Assembly (NCBI GenBank): GCA_043801595.1 | Contig: JAZDLW010000022.1 | Coordinates: 26,812-90,811, forward strand | Length of the DNA: 64,000 bases | Source: Candidatus Aenigmatarchaeota archaeon | GTDB taxonomy: Archaea > Aenigmatarchaeota > Aenigmatarchaeia > JACPZZ01 | Direction of reading: 5' to 3' | Shown: positions 9,622-18,183 of the stretch, piece by piece | Numbering within the stretch: the first letter of the stretch is position 1 | Layout: each line of letters starts with the position of its first letter | Notes under the pieces: model-generated | Told to the model about the DNA's origin: nothing | What the model saw: only the letters and a program-made list of their open reading frames with translations | Databases searched by the model: none | Made by a program: the position numbers and the translations under genes

Positions 9622-10521
9622 ATGGAGATAGTATTTCTCGGGACTGGGTCCGGAATTCCGTCGAAAGAACGGAACCATCCAGGCATACTCCTGAAATACG
9701 AAGGCGACCAACTTTTGTGGGATTGCGGCGAAGGAATACAACGACAACTCGCATTAGCCGGGGAAAGTTTCATGAAAATAAACAACATTTTCATAACACA
9801 CTGGCATGCCGACCATTTTGCCGGGCTTATCGGAATATTGCAGTCCATGAATCTTGAAGGACGCAAGAAGACGTTAACAATACACGGGCCAGAATCGGAA
9901 TTGTTTGTCGATGCCATACTCGAGCTGGGGCACTGGGGCGTCGGGTTCAACGTAAAGGCAAATGATTTAACTTTTGAGGGAAGCGAAACCGAGACGGTTT
10001 TAAAAACCGAAGAGTTTTCGGTGTATTCAATACCGGTTGTGCATACTGTGCCTGCGGTTGCGTACTGCTTTAAAGAAACGGACAGAGTTAATGTTGATCT
10101 TAAGAAAGCGTCGGTGTTCGGGTTGAAAGAAGGTCCGATGATCGGAAAATTAAAGGAATCTGGCAGCATCGTGTTCAAGGGCAAGAAGGTTGACCTTGAA
10201 GACGTATCGACGAAAAGAATCGGGCGCAAAATCGTTTATTCCGGCGATACCATCCCGTGCGATAATATCGCGGAGATGGCGAAAGGCGCGGATATATTGA
10301 TACACGATTCGACGTTTTTGGAAGCGCAGGACAACGAAAGGAAAGAGGCGCACTCCAATGTCGAGGACGTTGCGAAGATTGCCAAGAAGGCCGATGTCAA
10401 AAAACTTGTTCTGACGCATTTCTCGAGGCGCTACAGGTCAATGAAAGAGTTCGAAGCGTCTGCGAAAAAGATATTCCCGAACACGATTGCTGCGTACGAT
10501 CTGATGAGGATAAAGGTTTAG
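9622..10521 (+). CDS. rnz: Ribonuclease Z
   Basis: LGTGSGIP, DCGEG, THWHADH, SGDT, HDSTF, THFSRRY. Confidence 0.96.
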   Translation: MEIVFLGTGSGIPSKERNHPGILLKYEGDQLLWDCGEGIQRQLALAGESFMKINNIFITHWHADHFAGLIGILQSMNLEGRKKTLTIHGPESELFVDAILELGHWGVGFNVKANDLTFEGSETETVLKTEEFSVYSIPVVHTVPAVAYCFKETDRVNVDLKKASVFGLKEGPMIGKLKESGSIVFKGKKVDLEDVSTKRIGRKIVYSGDTIPCDNIAEMAKGADILIHDSTFLEAQDNERKEAHSNVEDVAKIAKKADVKKLVLTHFSRRYRSMKEFEASAKKIFPNTIAAYDLMRIKV

Positions 10522-10533
10522 CGCGCATTCCGA

Positions 10534-10566
10534 CAACGCATACCTCGGGTATGCGTTTAGCTGCTC
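10534..10566 (+). repeat. Family B hairpin repeat
   Basis: AACGCATAC-CTCGG-GTATGCGTT followed by TAGCTGCTC, between convergent genes. Confidence 0.6.
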
Positions 10567-11085
10567 TCATATGAATTTTTTTCCGCGCTCGGACGGTTCT
10601 ATTTTCCTGCGGGCGTTTTTGAAATCCTTTTCCAATTCGCTTCCATTGAAAATATGGTCGAGTGTAACAGCGATTCCGCTCACTTCGGAGTGCGGCTGGT
10701 TCGTTACTGCGACATTGTAATCGGCCATATAATACACAGCCATCGGGACTTTCTCACCGCCAGCAACAAGGAGGATTTTATCCTCTTTCCTGATTTCCTT
10801 TTCAACGTCCTGCAAGCGCAAGCCGTACATTGTCAGGTGTACGACTTTGTAACCCATCGAGGAATATCTTTTTATAACGTCATTCCACCTTTTCGCGAAT
10901 TCTATCTTGAAGCTTCCGCCCCACTCGGACGAAATTTTTTCAATATTTTTCTTCAATTTCTGGTCCTCGTCGCCCACTATGATAATCTCGTCAGCTCCGA
11001 AGGCGCGCGACGCGAGAGCGCAGTGCGTAGTTATTCGTTGGTCGCGGAATATGCGATGGCCGATGCGCAATACGGAGACTTTCAT
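10567..11085 (-). CDS. trm56: tRNA (cytidine-56-2'-O)-methyltransferase
   Basis: LRIGHRIFRDQRITTH, HLTMYG, GGEKVP, NQPHSEV. Real start is MKVSVL; the ORF-track extension runs through repeats and a tRNA. Confidence 0.93.
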   Translation of the reverse strand: MKVSVLRIGHRIFRDQRITTHCALASRAFGADEIIIVGDEDQKLKKNIEKISSEWGGSFKIEFAKRWNDVIKRYSSMGYKVVHLTMYGLRLQDVEKEIRKEDKILLVAGGEKVPMAVYYMADYNVAVTNQPHSEVSGIAVTLDHIFNGSELEKDFKNARRKIEPSERGKKFI

Positions 11086-11114
11086 ACCAAATCCTTTTCT
11101 TTCAAACTTTAAGA

Positions 11115-11161
11115 CAGCGGTTTGCTGTGCAAACCGCGCATAGGAAACTTGGTTTCCTATG
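11115..11161 (+). mobile_element. Family A double-hairpin mini-element (47 nt) in a family C palindrome
   Basis: CAGCG-GTTTGC-TGT-GCAAAC-CGC-GCA-TAGGAAAC-TTG-GTTTCCTA-TG; removal restores TTCAAACTT-TAAGA-AAGTTTGAA. Confidence 0.75.
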
Positions 11162-11191
11162 AAGTTTGAACAAACGAGAAAAGTCTTTGGA

Positions 11192-11241
11192 CAACGAAAA
11201 TCATAGATTTTCGTGCACAGGAAATCAACAGATTTTCTGTG
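11192..11241 (+). mobile_element. Family A double-hairpin mini-element (50 nt)
   Basis: CAACG-AAAATC-ATA-GATTTT-CGTGCA-CAGGAAATC-AACA-GATTTTCTG-TG. Confidence 0.75.
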
Positions 11242-11260
11242 TTCCCAAAAGAAAATGAAA

Positions 11261-11422
11261 TAGCCCCGGGCGGATTCGAAATCGGCAGTGCGAAACTTTC
11301 GCTGCGCACTTCCGCCGTTTACGGGTATCGTCTGACTGAAGCATGCGTATACTAAATAGCGCATGCTTCTAGCTACTACGCCACCCAAAGCCCGCCGTGC
11401 TTGGCCGCTGCACTACGGGGCT
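11261..11422 (-). tRNA. tRNA-Gln(TTG) with two introns (37/38: 11327..11384, 58 nt; T-arm 53/54: 11281..11311, 31 nt)
   Basis: Acceptor AGCCCCG/CGGGGCT-A (A1-U72, typical of archaeal tRNA-Gln); anticodon arm GCGGG-CTTTGG^A-CCCGT; T arm GGCGG^TTCGAAT-CCGCC; BHB-type motifs at both intron junctions. Confidence 0.9.
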
Positions 11423-11430
11423 ATTTTTAC

Positions 11431-11470
11431 CTAAACAGGTGCTATTTTGCATGCACCTGTTTCTAGTTGC
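11431..11470 (+). repeat. Family B hairpin repeat upstream of tRNA-Gln
   Basis: AAACAGGTGC-loop-GCACCTGTTT followed by CTAGTTGC. Confidence 0.6.
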
Positions 11471-11568
11471 CACGTTGATTAATTGAGACTGCGCGTCTTA
11501 AATAACGTATCCGCGCGCTCCGGATGAATATAAAAGTTTAACCCTTTTATTACATATCAGGAGATTTT

Positions 11569-13005
11569 GTGGAACCGTACAAGTCCAAGTTCATACAGTT
11601 CTTAGTTGACTCCGGAGCTTTGAAAATCGGAGGATCTTACAAGACAAAGTCCGGAAGATATTCGCCTTATTTCCTGAATGCCGGAGCTTTTGACGACGGT
11701 GAAAAAGCCAGACAAGTTGGAAGGTATTATGCCGAAGCCATCAAAAGTGTTGTCGGAGACAAATTTGATCTGATTTTAGGCATTCCCAATAAAGGCATCT
11801 CGTTGGCTGTGGCGACTTCGATTGCTCTCGCTGAAATGGGGATAAACAGAGGATGGACATTCTACAGGAAGGAAGCAAAAAATTACGGAGAGGCTACTGT
11901 TGACAAAACCAAAGACCAGCTGCCGACCAGAGAGCAGATGCAAAAGGAAATGCTTGTGGGCAGTCTCATACCCGACGGCTCAACAGTACTCCCGCTTGAT
12001 GACGTTCTTACAACAAGCGAGTCAAAGCGAGAGGCGGATGCTGTAATTCGCAGAATTACAAGCGGAGTCAAAATGCCGCATGGAATAATATCTGCTGACA
12101 GACAGGAGATAAACGAAGACGGCGAAATCGCAATAGAAATGTTTGCAAAGGAATGTGGAACCGTATACACTTCTATTGTTACAGCAGGCGACATTTACGA
12201 TTATTTAAAAGAAAACGGAAAACTGGACAGTCCTGTAGATATTGCGTTCATGAGATATTTCCGCGCATGGGGAACGCCGGAGCTTAGAAAGAAGTATAAT
12301 CTTGTCGGCAGCAAGCTGATTGAAGGCCGTACAGTCATACCAGCATGCGATGTTCCGTTTGAGGATTTCGAACCTATTGTTGAAGCGACTGCGGATAACC
12401 CGAAAATTGGCGGTTACAAAATACCCGCTCATGCAGGAAGAAAGGGATGGGAGCGTTGGGTCGAAGTTGCAAGAAAATACACCAACAAGCCATTGATTTA
12501 CGATCACCAGAAAGCCGGGACGGATATTCCGGACACAGCCGGGCAATTTATGCGAGATTTGAAAGCGTCCGGCATGGACGCTGTTATTCTGTTTCCACAA
12601 TCCGGACCTAGAACGCAGGTTGCGTGGACTGGTGAGGCGCTGCAGCAGGGTTTAACAGTCTTTGTGGGCGGCGAGATGACACACCCCAAATATCTGAGAA
12701 GCGCAGGCGGTTACATAGCCGACGAAGCTCCAGACGAAACTTATGTCAGAGCTGCGCGACAAGGCGTTAACCATTTCATTGTGCCCGGAAACAAGCCTGA
12801 GAGGATAAAGCATTACCGCGAACTTATTATGGCAGAAGGTGTTGATCCGGTTTTCGCTTCGCCCGGATTGGTTGCACAGGGCGGTTCAATTTCTGAAGCA
12901 ACGAAAGTTGCTGGAGATAACTGGCATGGCATTGTCGGACGTGCAATAACCGAAGCACCGGACAAACGCGCTGCAGCCAAAGAGTTAACAAGCCAATTAT
13001 ACTAA
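11569..13005 (+). CDS. pyrE-pyrF: Fused orotate phosphoribosyltransferase / OMP decarboxylase (PyrE-PyrF)
   Basis: KSGRYSPYF, RKEAK, LDDVLTT in the N-half; DHQKAGTDIPDT, SPGLVAQGG, IVGRAI in the C-half. Confidence 0.88.
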   Translation: MEPYKSKFIQFLVDSGALKIGGSYKTKSGRYSPYFLNAGAFDDGEKARQVGRYYAEAIKSVVGDKFDLILGIPNKGISLAVATSIALAEMGINRGWTFYRKEAKNYGEATVDKTKDQLPTREQMQKEMLVGSLIPDGSTVLPLDDVLTTSESKREADAVIRRITSGVKMPHGIISADRQEINEDGEIAIEMFAKECGTVYTSIVTAGDIYDYLKENGKLDSPVDIAFMRYFRAWGTPELRKKYNLVGSKLIEGRTVIPACDVPFEDFEPIVEATADNPKIGGYKIPAHAGRKGWERWVEVARKYTNKPLIYDHQKAGTDIPDTAGQFMRDLKASGMDAVILFPQSGPRTQVAWTGEALQQGLTVFVGGEMTHPKYLRSAGGYIADEAPDETYVRAARQGVNHFIVPGNKPERIKHYRELIMAEGVDPVFASPGLVAQGGSISEATKVAGDNWHGIVGRAITEAPDKRAAAKELTSQLY

Positions 13006-13062
13006 TTTTCGGTTTGTTAAACGCTAATAAAATCAGCAGACAATATGTTTTAGGCGGAACAG

Positions 13063-14727
13063 ATGAGGATTTTACAACTGCACGCAGACAGCGTTGAGTA
13101 CGAACCTATTAAAAAGGAGATAAAGCAGGCCGAAGAAGCTGAGCAGAAAAAATACTCTTTGGTCGAGGTTCTTGTTCTTTTAACAGCAATCGAGAAGGGC
13201 GATACCAAAGAAACCGCGGCTTGGGCGATCGAAGATGCGGCGAAGTTCATGGCAAAAATGAAGATAACGAGGATGTTAATTTACCCGTACGCGCATTTGA
13301 GTTCAAATTTATCATCGCCGTTCGATGCCATGGACATTGTTCTGGAGATGGAGAAGGTTGCAAAACAGAATGGGATTGACGCAAACCATGCGCCTTTTGG
13401 ATGGAATAAAAAATTTTCGATATCTGTAAAAGGCCATCCGATGGCAGAGATGTCGCGGACTTACGTCGGAAAGCCGAAAAAAGAGGAGACGATTAAAATT
13501 GAAAAACCGAAGGCCGAGCAGACTATAGAGAAATTACCGGACAGCGACCACAGGATTATCGGGCAGAAACTCGATCTGTTCAGTTTCCAACCAGAAGCGC
13601 CTGGGATGGCTTTTTTTCATCCAGCGGGAATGGTAATCAGGAACGAGCTGGTTAAGTTAACGCGCGAGAAGCTCGCAAAGGCGGGCTATGTCGAGATAAC
13701 AACGCCGATAATGATGAAGAAAAGCATATGGGAACAAAGCGGACACTGGGACCATTACAAGGACAGCATGTTTTTCACAAAGACCGACGATGCGGAATTC
13801 GCGATAAAACCTATGAACTGTCCTGGAGCAATACTGTTCTTCAAAAACTCGAAGAAGAGTTATCGCAATCTTCCACTGCGCGTTGCGGAATTCGGCATGA
13901 TACATCGCAACGAATTAAGCGGCGTTGTAGGCGGATTGTTCCGCGTTCGCGAATTCACGCAGGACGACGCGCACCTGTTCGTGCGGGTCGACCAGCTTGA
14001 GAATGAACTCGCTGATGTAGTCGACTTGGTCTCAGATTTTTACAAACAGTTCGGATTTGCTTTCCATGTAGAACTGTCGACCCGGCCGGAAAACTCTATC
14101 GGTTCTGATGAATTGTGGAACAAAGCGGAAAGCGCGCTGGAAAATGTTCTAAAGAAAAAGAATCTTAAATTCAAAACAAACAAGGGCGACGGCGCATTCT
14201 ACGGGCCGAAGATAGATTTCCATGTGAAAGATTCGCTTGGCAGAACCTGGCAGTGCGGGACAGTGCAGGTTGATTTTTTCATGCCGCAAAGGTTTGCAAT
14301 GTCTTATGTAACTGCGGACGGCAAAGAGGCTGTTCCGATAATGATACACCGTGCAATATACGGAAGCATAGAGCGTTTCATGGGAATTCTTGTCGAACAT
14401 TACAACGGTGCGTTTCCTTTGTGGTTATCGCCAACCCAAATTAAAGTACTTCCGATAAGCGACAAGAATTTTGATTACGCAAAGGTGGTTGAAAAAACGC
14501 TTTTGTCGTCCGGGTTCAGGGTTGAAGGCGATTATGAGAATCATACGCTTGACTACAAGATCAGAAACGCCCAGATGGAGAAAGTGTTTTACACAATTGT
14601 GATAGGCGCGAAAGAGGAAGATAAAAAAACGATTGCAGTTCGCGATCGCGCCGGAAAAACAGAATACAATATAAAAATCAACGATTTTATTGAGAAGCTT
14701 GCTGTTGCTATCAAAGACCGTTTGTAA
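13063..14727 (+). CDS. thrS: Threonine--tRNA ligase
   Basis: Archaeal editing domain (YPYAHLSS, APFGW) plus KPMNCPG, RVREFTQDDAH, GAFYGPKID, HRAIYGSIERF. Confidence 0.97.
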   Translation: MRILQLHADSVEYEPIKKEIKQAEEAEQKKYSLVEVLVLLTAIEKGDTKETAAWAIEDAAKFMAKMKITRMLIYPYAHLSSNLSSPFDAMDIVLEMEKVAKQNGIDANHAPFGWNKKFSISVKGHPMAEMSRTYVGKPKKEETIKIEKPKAEQTIEKLPDSDHRIIGQKLDLFSFQPEAPGMAFFHPAGMVIRNELVKLTREKLAKAGYVEITTPIMMKKSIWEQSGHWDHYKDSMFFTKTDDAEFAIKPMNCPGAILFFKNSKKSYRNLPLRVAEFGMIHRNELSGVVGGLFRVREFTQDDAHLFVRVDQLENELADVVDLVSDFYKQFGFAFHVELSTRPENSIGSDELWNKAESALENVLKKKNLKFKTNKGDGAFYGPKIDFHVKDSLGRTWQCGTVQVDFFMPQRFAMSYVTADGKEAVPIMIHRAIYGSIERFMGILVEHYNGAFPLWLSPTQIKVLPISDKNFDYAKVVEKTLLSSGFRVEGDYENHTLDYKIRNAQMEKVFYTIVIGAKEEDKKTIAVRDRAGKTEYNIKINDFIEKLAVAIKDRL

Positions 14728-14779
14728 AGGTATAGAATGGCTCGGATCGCCAAAAAAACCGCGTTTCGCGGTGATAAAC

Positions 14780-14787
14780 TTTATATA
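14780..14787 (+). promoter_or_regulatory. TATA box upstream of the long ftsZ leader
   Basis: TTTATATA about 25 nt before a structured region that starts near 14813. Confidence 0.5.
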
Positions 14788-14899
14788 ACACTTTCACCAA
14801 TTATTATCAATTAGGGAGTAGAACTCCTCGTGTAAAAGGCGTTCGGTAACGCCGATTCTTGGTTTGCACTATGACGTGGCAGGGTTACCTACCGCGTTT

Positions 14900-14945
14900 C
14901 ACAGGTTGCGGGGCAACCTGTGCAAGGAAACAAATGTTTCCTTTG
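14900..14945 (-). mobile_element. Family A mini-element (reverse)
   Basis: Reverse complement CAAAG-GAAACA-TT-TGTTTC-CTTGCA-CAGGTTGC-CCC-GCAACCTG-TG. Confidence 0.7.
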
Positions 14946-14977
14946 TAGGCGAAACGAGTTTTGGCGGTCTGAAGCTT

Positions 14978-15022
14978 CGCAGGTTGCAGAGCAACCGGCG
15001 CAGGGAAACACGGTTTCCCTTG
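14978..15022 (-). mobile_element. Family A mini-element (reverse, diverged)
   Basis: Reverse complement CAAGGGAAAC-CGT-GTTTCCCT-GCG-CCGGTTGC-TCT-GCAACCTG-CG. Confidence 0.6.
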
Positions 15023-15034
15023 TGTTGCACATTT

Positions 15035-15068
15035 TGACTAGTCTAACAAGTTTAGACTAGTCTGTCTG
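15035..15068 (+). repeat. Family B-like hairpin
   Basis: TGACTAGTCTA-ACAAGTT-TAGACTAGTC-TGTCTG. Confidence 0.5.
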
Positions 15069-15079
15069 AACTTTTCAAA

Positions 15080-15105
15080 CAACGGAAACGATCGCGTTTC
15101 CTCTG
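15080..15105 (+). mobile_element. Family A single-hairpin (deleted) variant in a family C palindrome
   Basis: CAACGGAAACG-ATCG-CGTTTCCTCTG flanked by TGAACTTTTCAAA / GAAGTTCA. Confidence 0.5.
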
Positions 15106-15121
15106 GAAGTTCACTCAAATA

Positions 15122-16261
15122 ATGGAGGGGAATTGTATGTCGATATTGGAGTCGGTATTAAACAAGGGTGCTGCAACAGCAGGTCACGGAAGCGATTCGG
15201 GCGTGACAATGAAGAATTTCGATTATGAAAAGATAACCGAACAAGAGTTTGGTTTCAGCATGAAAAGAGCGAAAATAGTTGTAATTGGATGCGGTGGTGG
15301 AGGTACTAACTCTATCAATCGTCTGGCAGAAATGGGCGTTGAAGGAGCCAATACTGTTGCAATAAACACGGATGCAAAGCATTTAGCGGTCATAAAGGCT
15401 GACAAAAAGATCCTTATTGGAAAGGAAATTACCAGAGGTTTGGGAGCAGGCGGTTACCCGGAAATAGGAAAGAAAGCAGCCGAAGAGAGTAGAACACAGC
15501 TGAAAGAATCGCTGGCAGGAGCCGATCTGGTATTCCTCACTGCCGGAATGGGCGGTGGAACCGGAACAGGTTCAGCACCGGTCGTTTCCGAGATTGCGAA
15601 AGAATTGGGCGCGATCGTTATCGGAGTGGTAACAATGCCATTCAAGATCGAAGGCGCAAGAATTATTAAGGCCGAGAACGGTCTCGGAAAATTACGAGAA
15701 GCGTGCGACACTGTAATAGTGATCGAGAACGATAAACTTCTCGAGTTTGCAGGTGACCTTCCGATCCAGCAAGCGTTTGCCGTAGCGGACGAATTGATCG
15801 CCGGGATGGTAAAGGGAATAACAGAGGCTATAACGCTGCCGTCATTGGTTAACCTAGACTACGCTGACGTGAAGGCGATAATGCATTCGGGCGGAGTCGC
15901 GGCAATAGGCCTTGGATTCTCAAACAGTTCCGACAGGGCGCGCGATGCTGTAACAAAAGCATTGCAGAATCCGTTGTTAGAAGTTGATTATCAGGGCGCT
16001 AGCGGAGCGTTAATCCACATAACAGGCGGCCCAGACCTTAAACTGTCCGAAGTCAACCAAATCGGTGGCATAGTGTCTTCGCATCTAGATTCCTCGGCGC
16101 AGGTAATCTGGGGCGCAAGAGTGCAACCGGACTTCCACGGAAAGGTGCAGGTAATAACAATAATAACAGGAGTTACCAGCCCGTACATACTGGGCCAGGT
16201 TACCAGGGAATCCACCCCTACCTTGGGAATCAGCGAGCTCGGTATTGACAGGATAGCATAA
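15122..16261 (+). CDS. ftsZ: Cell division protein FtsZ
   Basis: GCGGGG, AINTD, GLGAGG, GMGGGTGTG, NLDYADV. Start may be 15137. Confidence 0.98.
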   Translation: MEGNCMSILESVLNKGAATAGHGSDSGVTMKNFDYEKITEQEFGFSMKRAKIVVIGCGGGGTNSINRLAEMGVEGANTVAINTDAKHLAVIKADKKILIGKEITRGLGAGGYPEIGKKAAEESRTQLKESLAGADLVFLTAGMGGGTGTGSAPVVSEIAKELGAIVIGVVTMPFKIEGARIIKAENGLGKLREACDTVIVIENDKLLEFAGDLPIQQAFAVADELIAGMVKGITEAITLPSLVNLDYADVKAIMHSGGVAAIGLGFSNSSDRARDAVTKALQNPLLEVDYQGASGALIHITGGPDLKLSEVNQIGGIVSSHLDSSAQVIWGARVQPDFHGKVQVITIITGVTSPYILGQVTRESTPTLGISELGIDRIA

Positions 16262-16287
16262 ACTAGAATTGCGGTGCGATGAAGCGA

Positions 16288-16336
16288 CACAGGAAACGAT
16301 AGTTTCCTGTGCACGGTTTGCTTTTGCAAACCTTTG
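16288..16336 (-). mobile_element. Family A mini-element (reverse)
   Basis: Reverse complement CAAAG-GTTTGC-AAAA-GCAAAC-CGTGCA-CAGGAAAC-TATC-GTTTCCTG-TG. Confidence 0.75.
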
Positions 16337-16372
16337 AGCTGAGCACTTTACTAATTTTTAAACTTTTTAAAA

Positions 16373-16473
16373 CAACGGAAACCTATGGTTTCAACGAAAA
16401 CTCAAGAAGTTTTCGTGCATAGGGAAACTCGGTTTCCCCATGCCGTGCATAGGAAATTGTCGAATTTCCTATG
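16373..16473 (+). mobile_element. Two nested family A elements (inner 16392..16442)
   Basis: Removing the inner unit restores ACGGAAACC-TAT-GGTTTCCGT; removing the outer unit restores TAAACTTTT-TAA-AAAAGTTTA. Confidence 0.8.
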
Positions 16474-16486
16474 AAGTTTAATCAAA

Positions 16487-16522
16487 CAAGCTTTTCAAAA
16501 AAGCTTGAGCAAAAGAGAATGG
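16487..16522 (+). repeat. Family C palindrome (empty copy)
   Basis: CAAGCTTTT-CAA-AAAAGCTTG-AGCAAAAGAGAATGG. Confidence 0.6.
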
Positions 16523-16687
16523 TTTTAAACCGTTCGGTACTAACATTATTTTATGGAGATAACGACAAAGTCGGTGAGGAAATTTTTCAAGTCCAAGAAG
16601 AACCTGTTATACATGTTTTTCTGGTCGCTGATGTTTTTGGCCGGTTTTGCGGTTGCGTTGTTGTTAATTGCGCGGGGGCGGGTTTGA

Positions 16688-16927
16688 ATGGTCGGAGATA
16701 AGATACCCAGGACAGAGGTTGTCAAGTGGATCGAGAGGTTGGATAAAAAACTGGTCTCTGCCCAACCGAAAAACAGGAAGGCGGGGGAGGTTTTAAAGAA
16801 CGCAGAAGCGTATCGCGACGATTCCAAACATTGGTTAAAAGAAGGCAACCTTTTCCTTGCGTTCGAGGCGTGTGTGTATTCGTGGGCGATAATCGAAACC
16901 GCGGAAGCGTTAGGCGAGGTCGTTTAG
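16688..16927 (+). CDS. DUF357-like small archaeal protein
   Basis: NAEAYRDDSKHWLKEGNLFLAFEACVYSWA; DUF357 genes commonly neighbour dph5. Confidence 0.75.
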   Translation: MVGDKIPRTEVVKWIERLDKKLVSAQPKNRKAGEVLKNAEAYRDDSKHWLKEGNLFLAFEACVYSWAIIETAEALGEVV

Positions 16928-17368
16928 GACAATAGCCATTGCTATTGAACCGCCGAACGCGAAACCGAAGAACAAGCCGGACGATAACCAAACGAAACCG
17001 TTAACGGCAAGGTAGACAAGAACGAAACCGAAGATTACTGATGCCAAATAACTCGGAAGCTCGTAGTCTATCTTTTTTGCAAGCATTTTCATCCTCTGCG
17101 AATTCTTCGTCTTCGAGGCGTAAAATCGCCTGTAGAAAACCCAGTGTTTTCCGAATTCATGGTGCCAGTGCGTGCCATAGAACATGCCCACTGCGATGCC
17201 TAACAGGAAACCGGCGTAAATTCTGTTTCCTGTAGCCAGGTAAACGTTAGTTGATTCGAGAAATAGGAAGGCTGCAAGCAAGGCGATGAAAACATGCGCT
17301 TTTGCTGTCATTGCCCAGATAAGATGATCCCTGTGCAGAAGCCTGTACGCCTGCTTTAAAAAATTCAT
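16910..17368 (-). CDS. Hypothetical membrane protein (about 4 TM)
   Basis: Hydrophobic helices; start set to MNFLKQ to avoid overlap with dph5. Confidence 0.55.
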   Translation of the reverse strand: MNFLKQAYRLLHRDHLIWAMTAKAHVFIALLAAFLFLESTNVYLATGNRIYAGFLLGIAVGMFYGTHWHHEFGKHWVFYRRFYASKTKNSQRMKMLAKKIDYELPSYLASVIFGFVLVYLAVNGFVWLSSGLFFGFAFGGSIAMAIVLNDLA

Positions 17369-17419
17369 ATATAATATTCCCAATACGTCCAATTTAAGGT
17401 TTATTGGTGATGTGATTTT

Positions 17420-18163
17420 ATGCTTTCGATAATAGGGCTGGGTATTTTTGACGAGAACGATATATCCCTGCGCGGCCTTGAAGAGATTAGGCGTTCTGAT
17501 AAAGCTTATGTCGAATTTTATACGAACATCTGGCACGGCGATGTTGCAAAGCTCGAAAAAACGGTTGGAAAGAAAATCATCGCATTAAAGCGCAGGGACA
17601 TCGAGGACAACAACAGGATCATAAGCGATGCGAAAGCGAAAAACGTGTGTTTACTGGTTCCAGGCGATCCGCTGGCTGCGACAACGCACGCAGAATTGCT
17701 GCTTCGTGCAAAAAATGAAGGAATCGAAACTAAGATCATACACTCATCCTCCATATTTTCGTCGGTTGGCGAATGCGGGTTGCAGCTGTATAAGTTCGGG
17801 CGGACTGCGACCATCCCTCTTCCCGAGAAGACGGGCGGTGTTGCGCCGGAATCGGTTTATGACATTGTTAAAGGAAATCTAAAACTGGGAGCCCACACGT
17901 TGCTGTTGCTGGACATAGACGTGGAGAATAAAAAGGCGCTCTCTGTGAAAGAAGGATTGGAAACGCTGAAAAAACTCGACAAGAAAAAAATTCTCGGCAA
18001 ATTCGTTGTCATAAGCATGCTCGGTTCAGAGAAGCAACGCATCGATTACGGCGATTACGGCAAATTGTCAAAAATAAATTATGAACTTCCGGCCGTTATC
18101 GTTGTTCCGGGCAAACTTCATTTTGCAGAGGAAGAGTTTATTAATGCTGTTGCTTTTAAATAG
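17420..18163 (+). CDS. dph5: Diphthine synthase
   Basis: IGLG, EFYT, GDPLAATTH, GLQLYKFG, HTLLLLD, LHFAEEE. Confidence 0.95.
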   Translation: MLSIIGLGIFDENDISLRGLEEIRRSDKAYVEFYTNIWHGDVAKLEKTVGKKIIALKRRDIEDNNRIISDAKAKNVCLLVPGDPLAATTHAELLLRAKNEGIETKIIHSSSIFSSVGECGLQLYKFGRTATIPLPEKTGGVAPESVYDIVKGNLKLGAHTLLLLDIDVENKKALSVKEGLETLKKLDKKKILGKFVVISMLGSEKQRIDYGDYGKLSKINYELPAVIVVPGKLHFAEEEFINAVAFK

Positions 18164-18183
18164 GTTGTCAAGAAAATAGTATT

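Noticed and set aside
11086..11388. Long N-terminal extension of Trm56 in the ORF track
   Set aside because: It runs through repeats and the tRNA-Gln gene; homology starts at MKVSVLR.
14813..15121. SRP RNA or RNase P RNA
   Set aside because: I could not find the SRP helix-8 motif or the RNase P P4 motifs; most of the structure is explained by repeat insertions.
16288..16522. CRISPR array interpretation of the clustered palindromic repeats (also 53155..53304)
   Set aside because: Repeats are not identical, have no regular spacers, are nested rather than tandem, and no cas genes are in the window.
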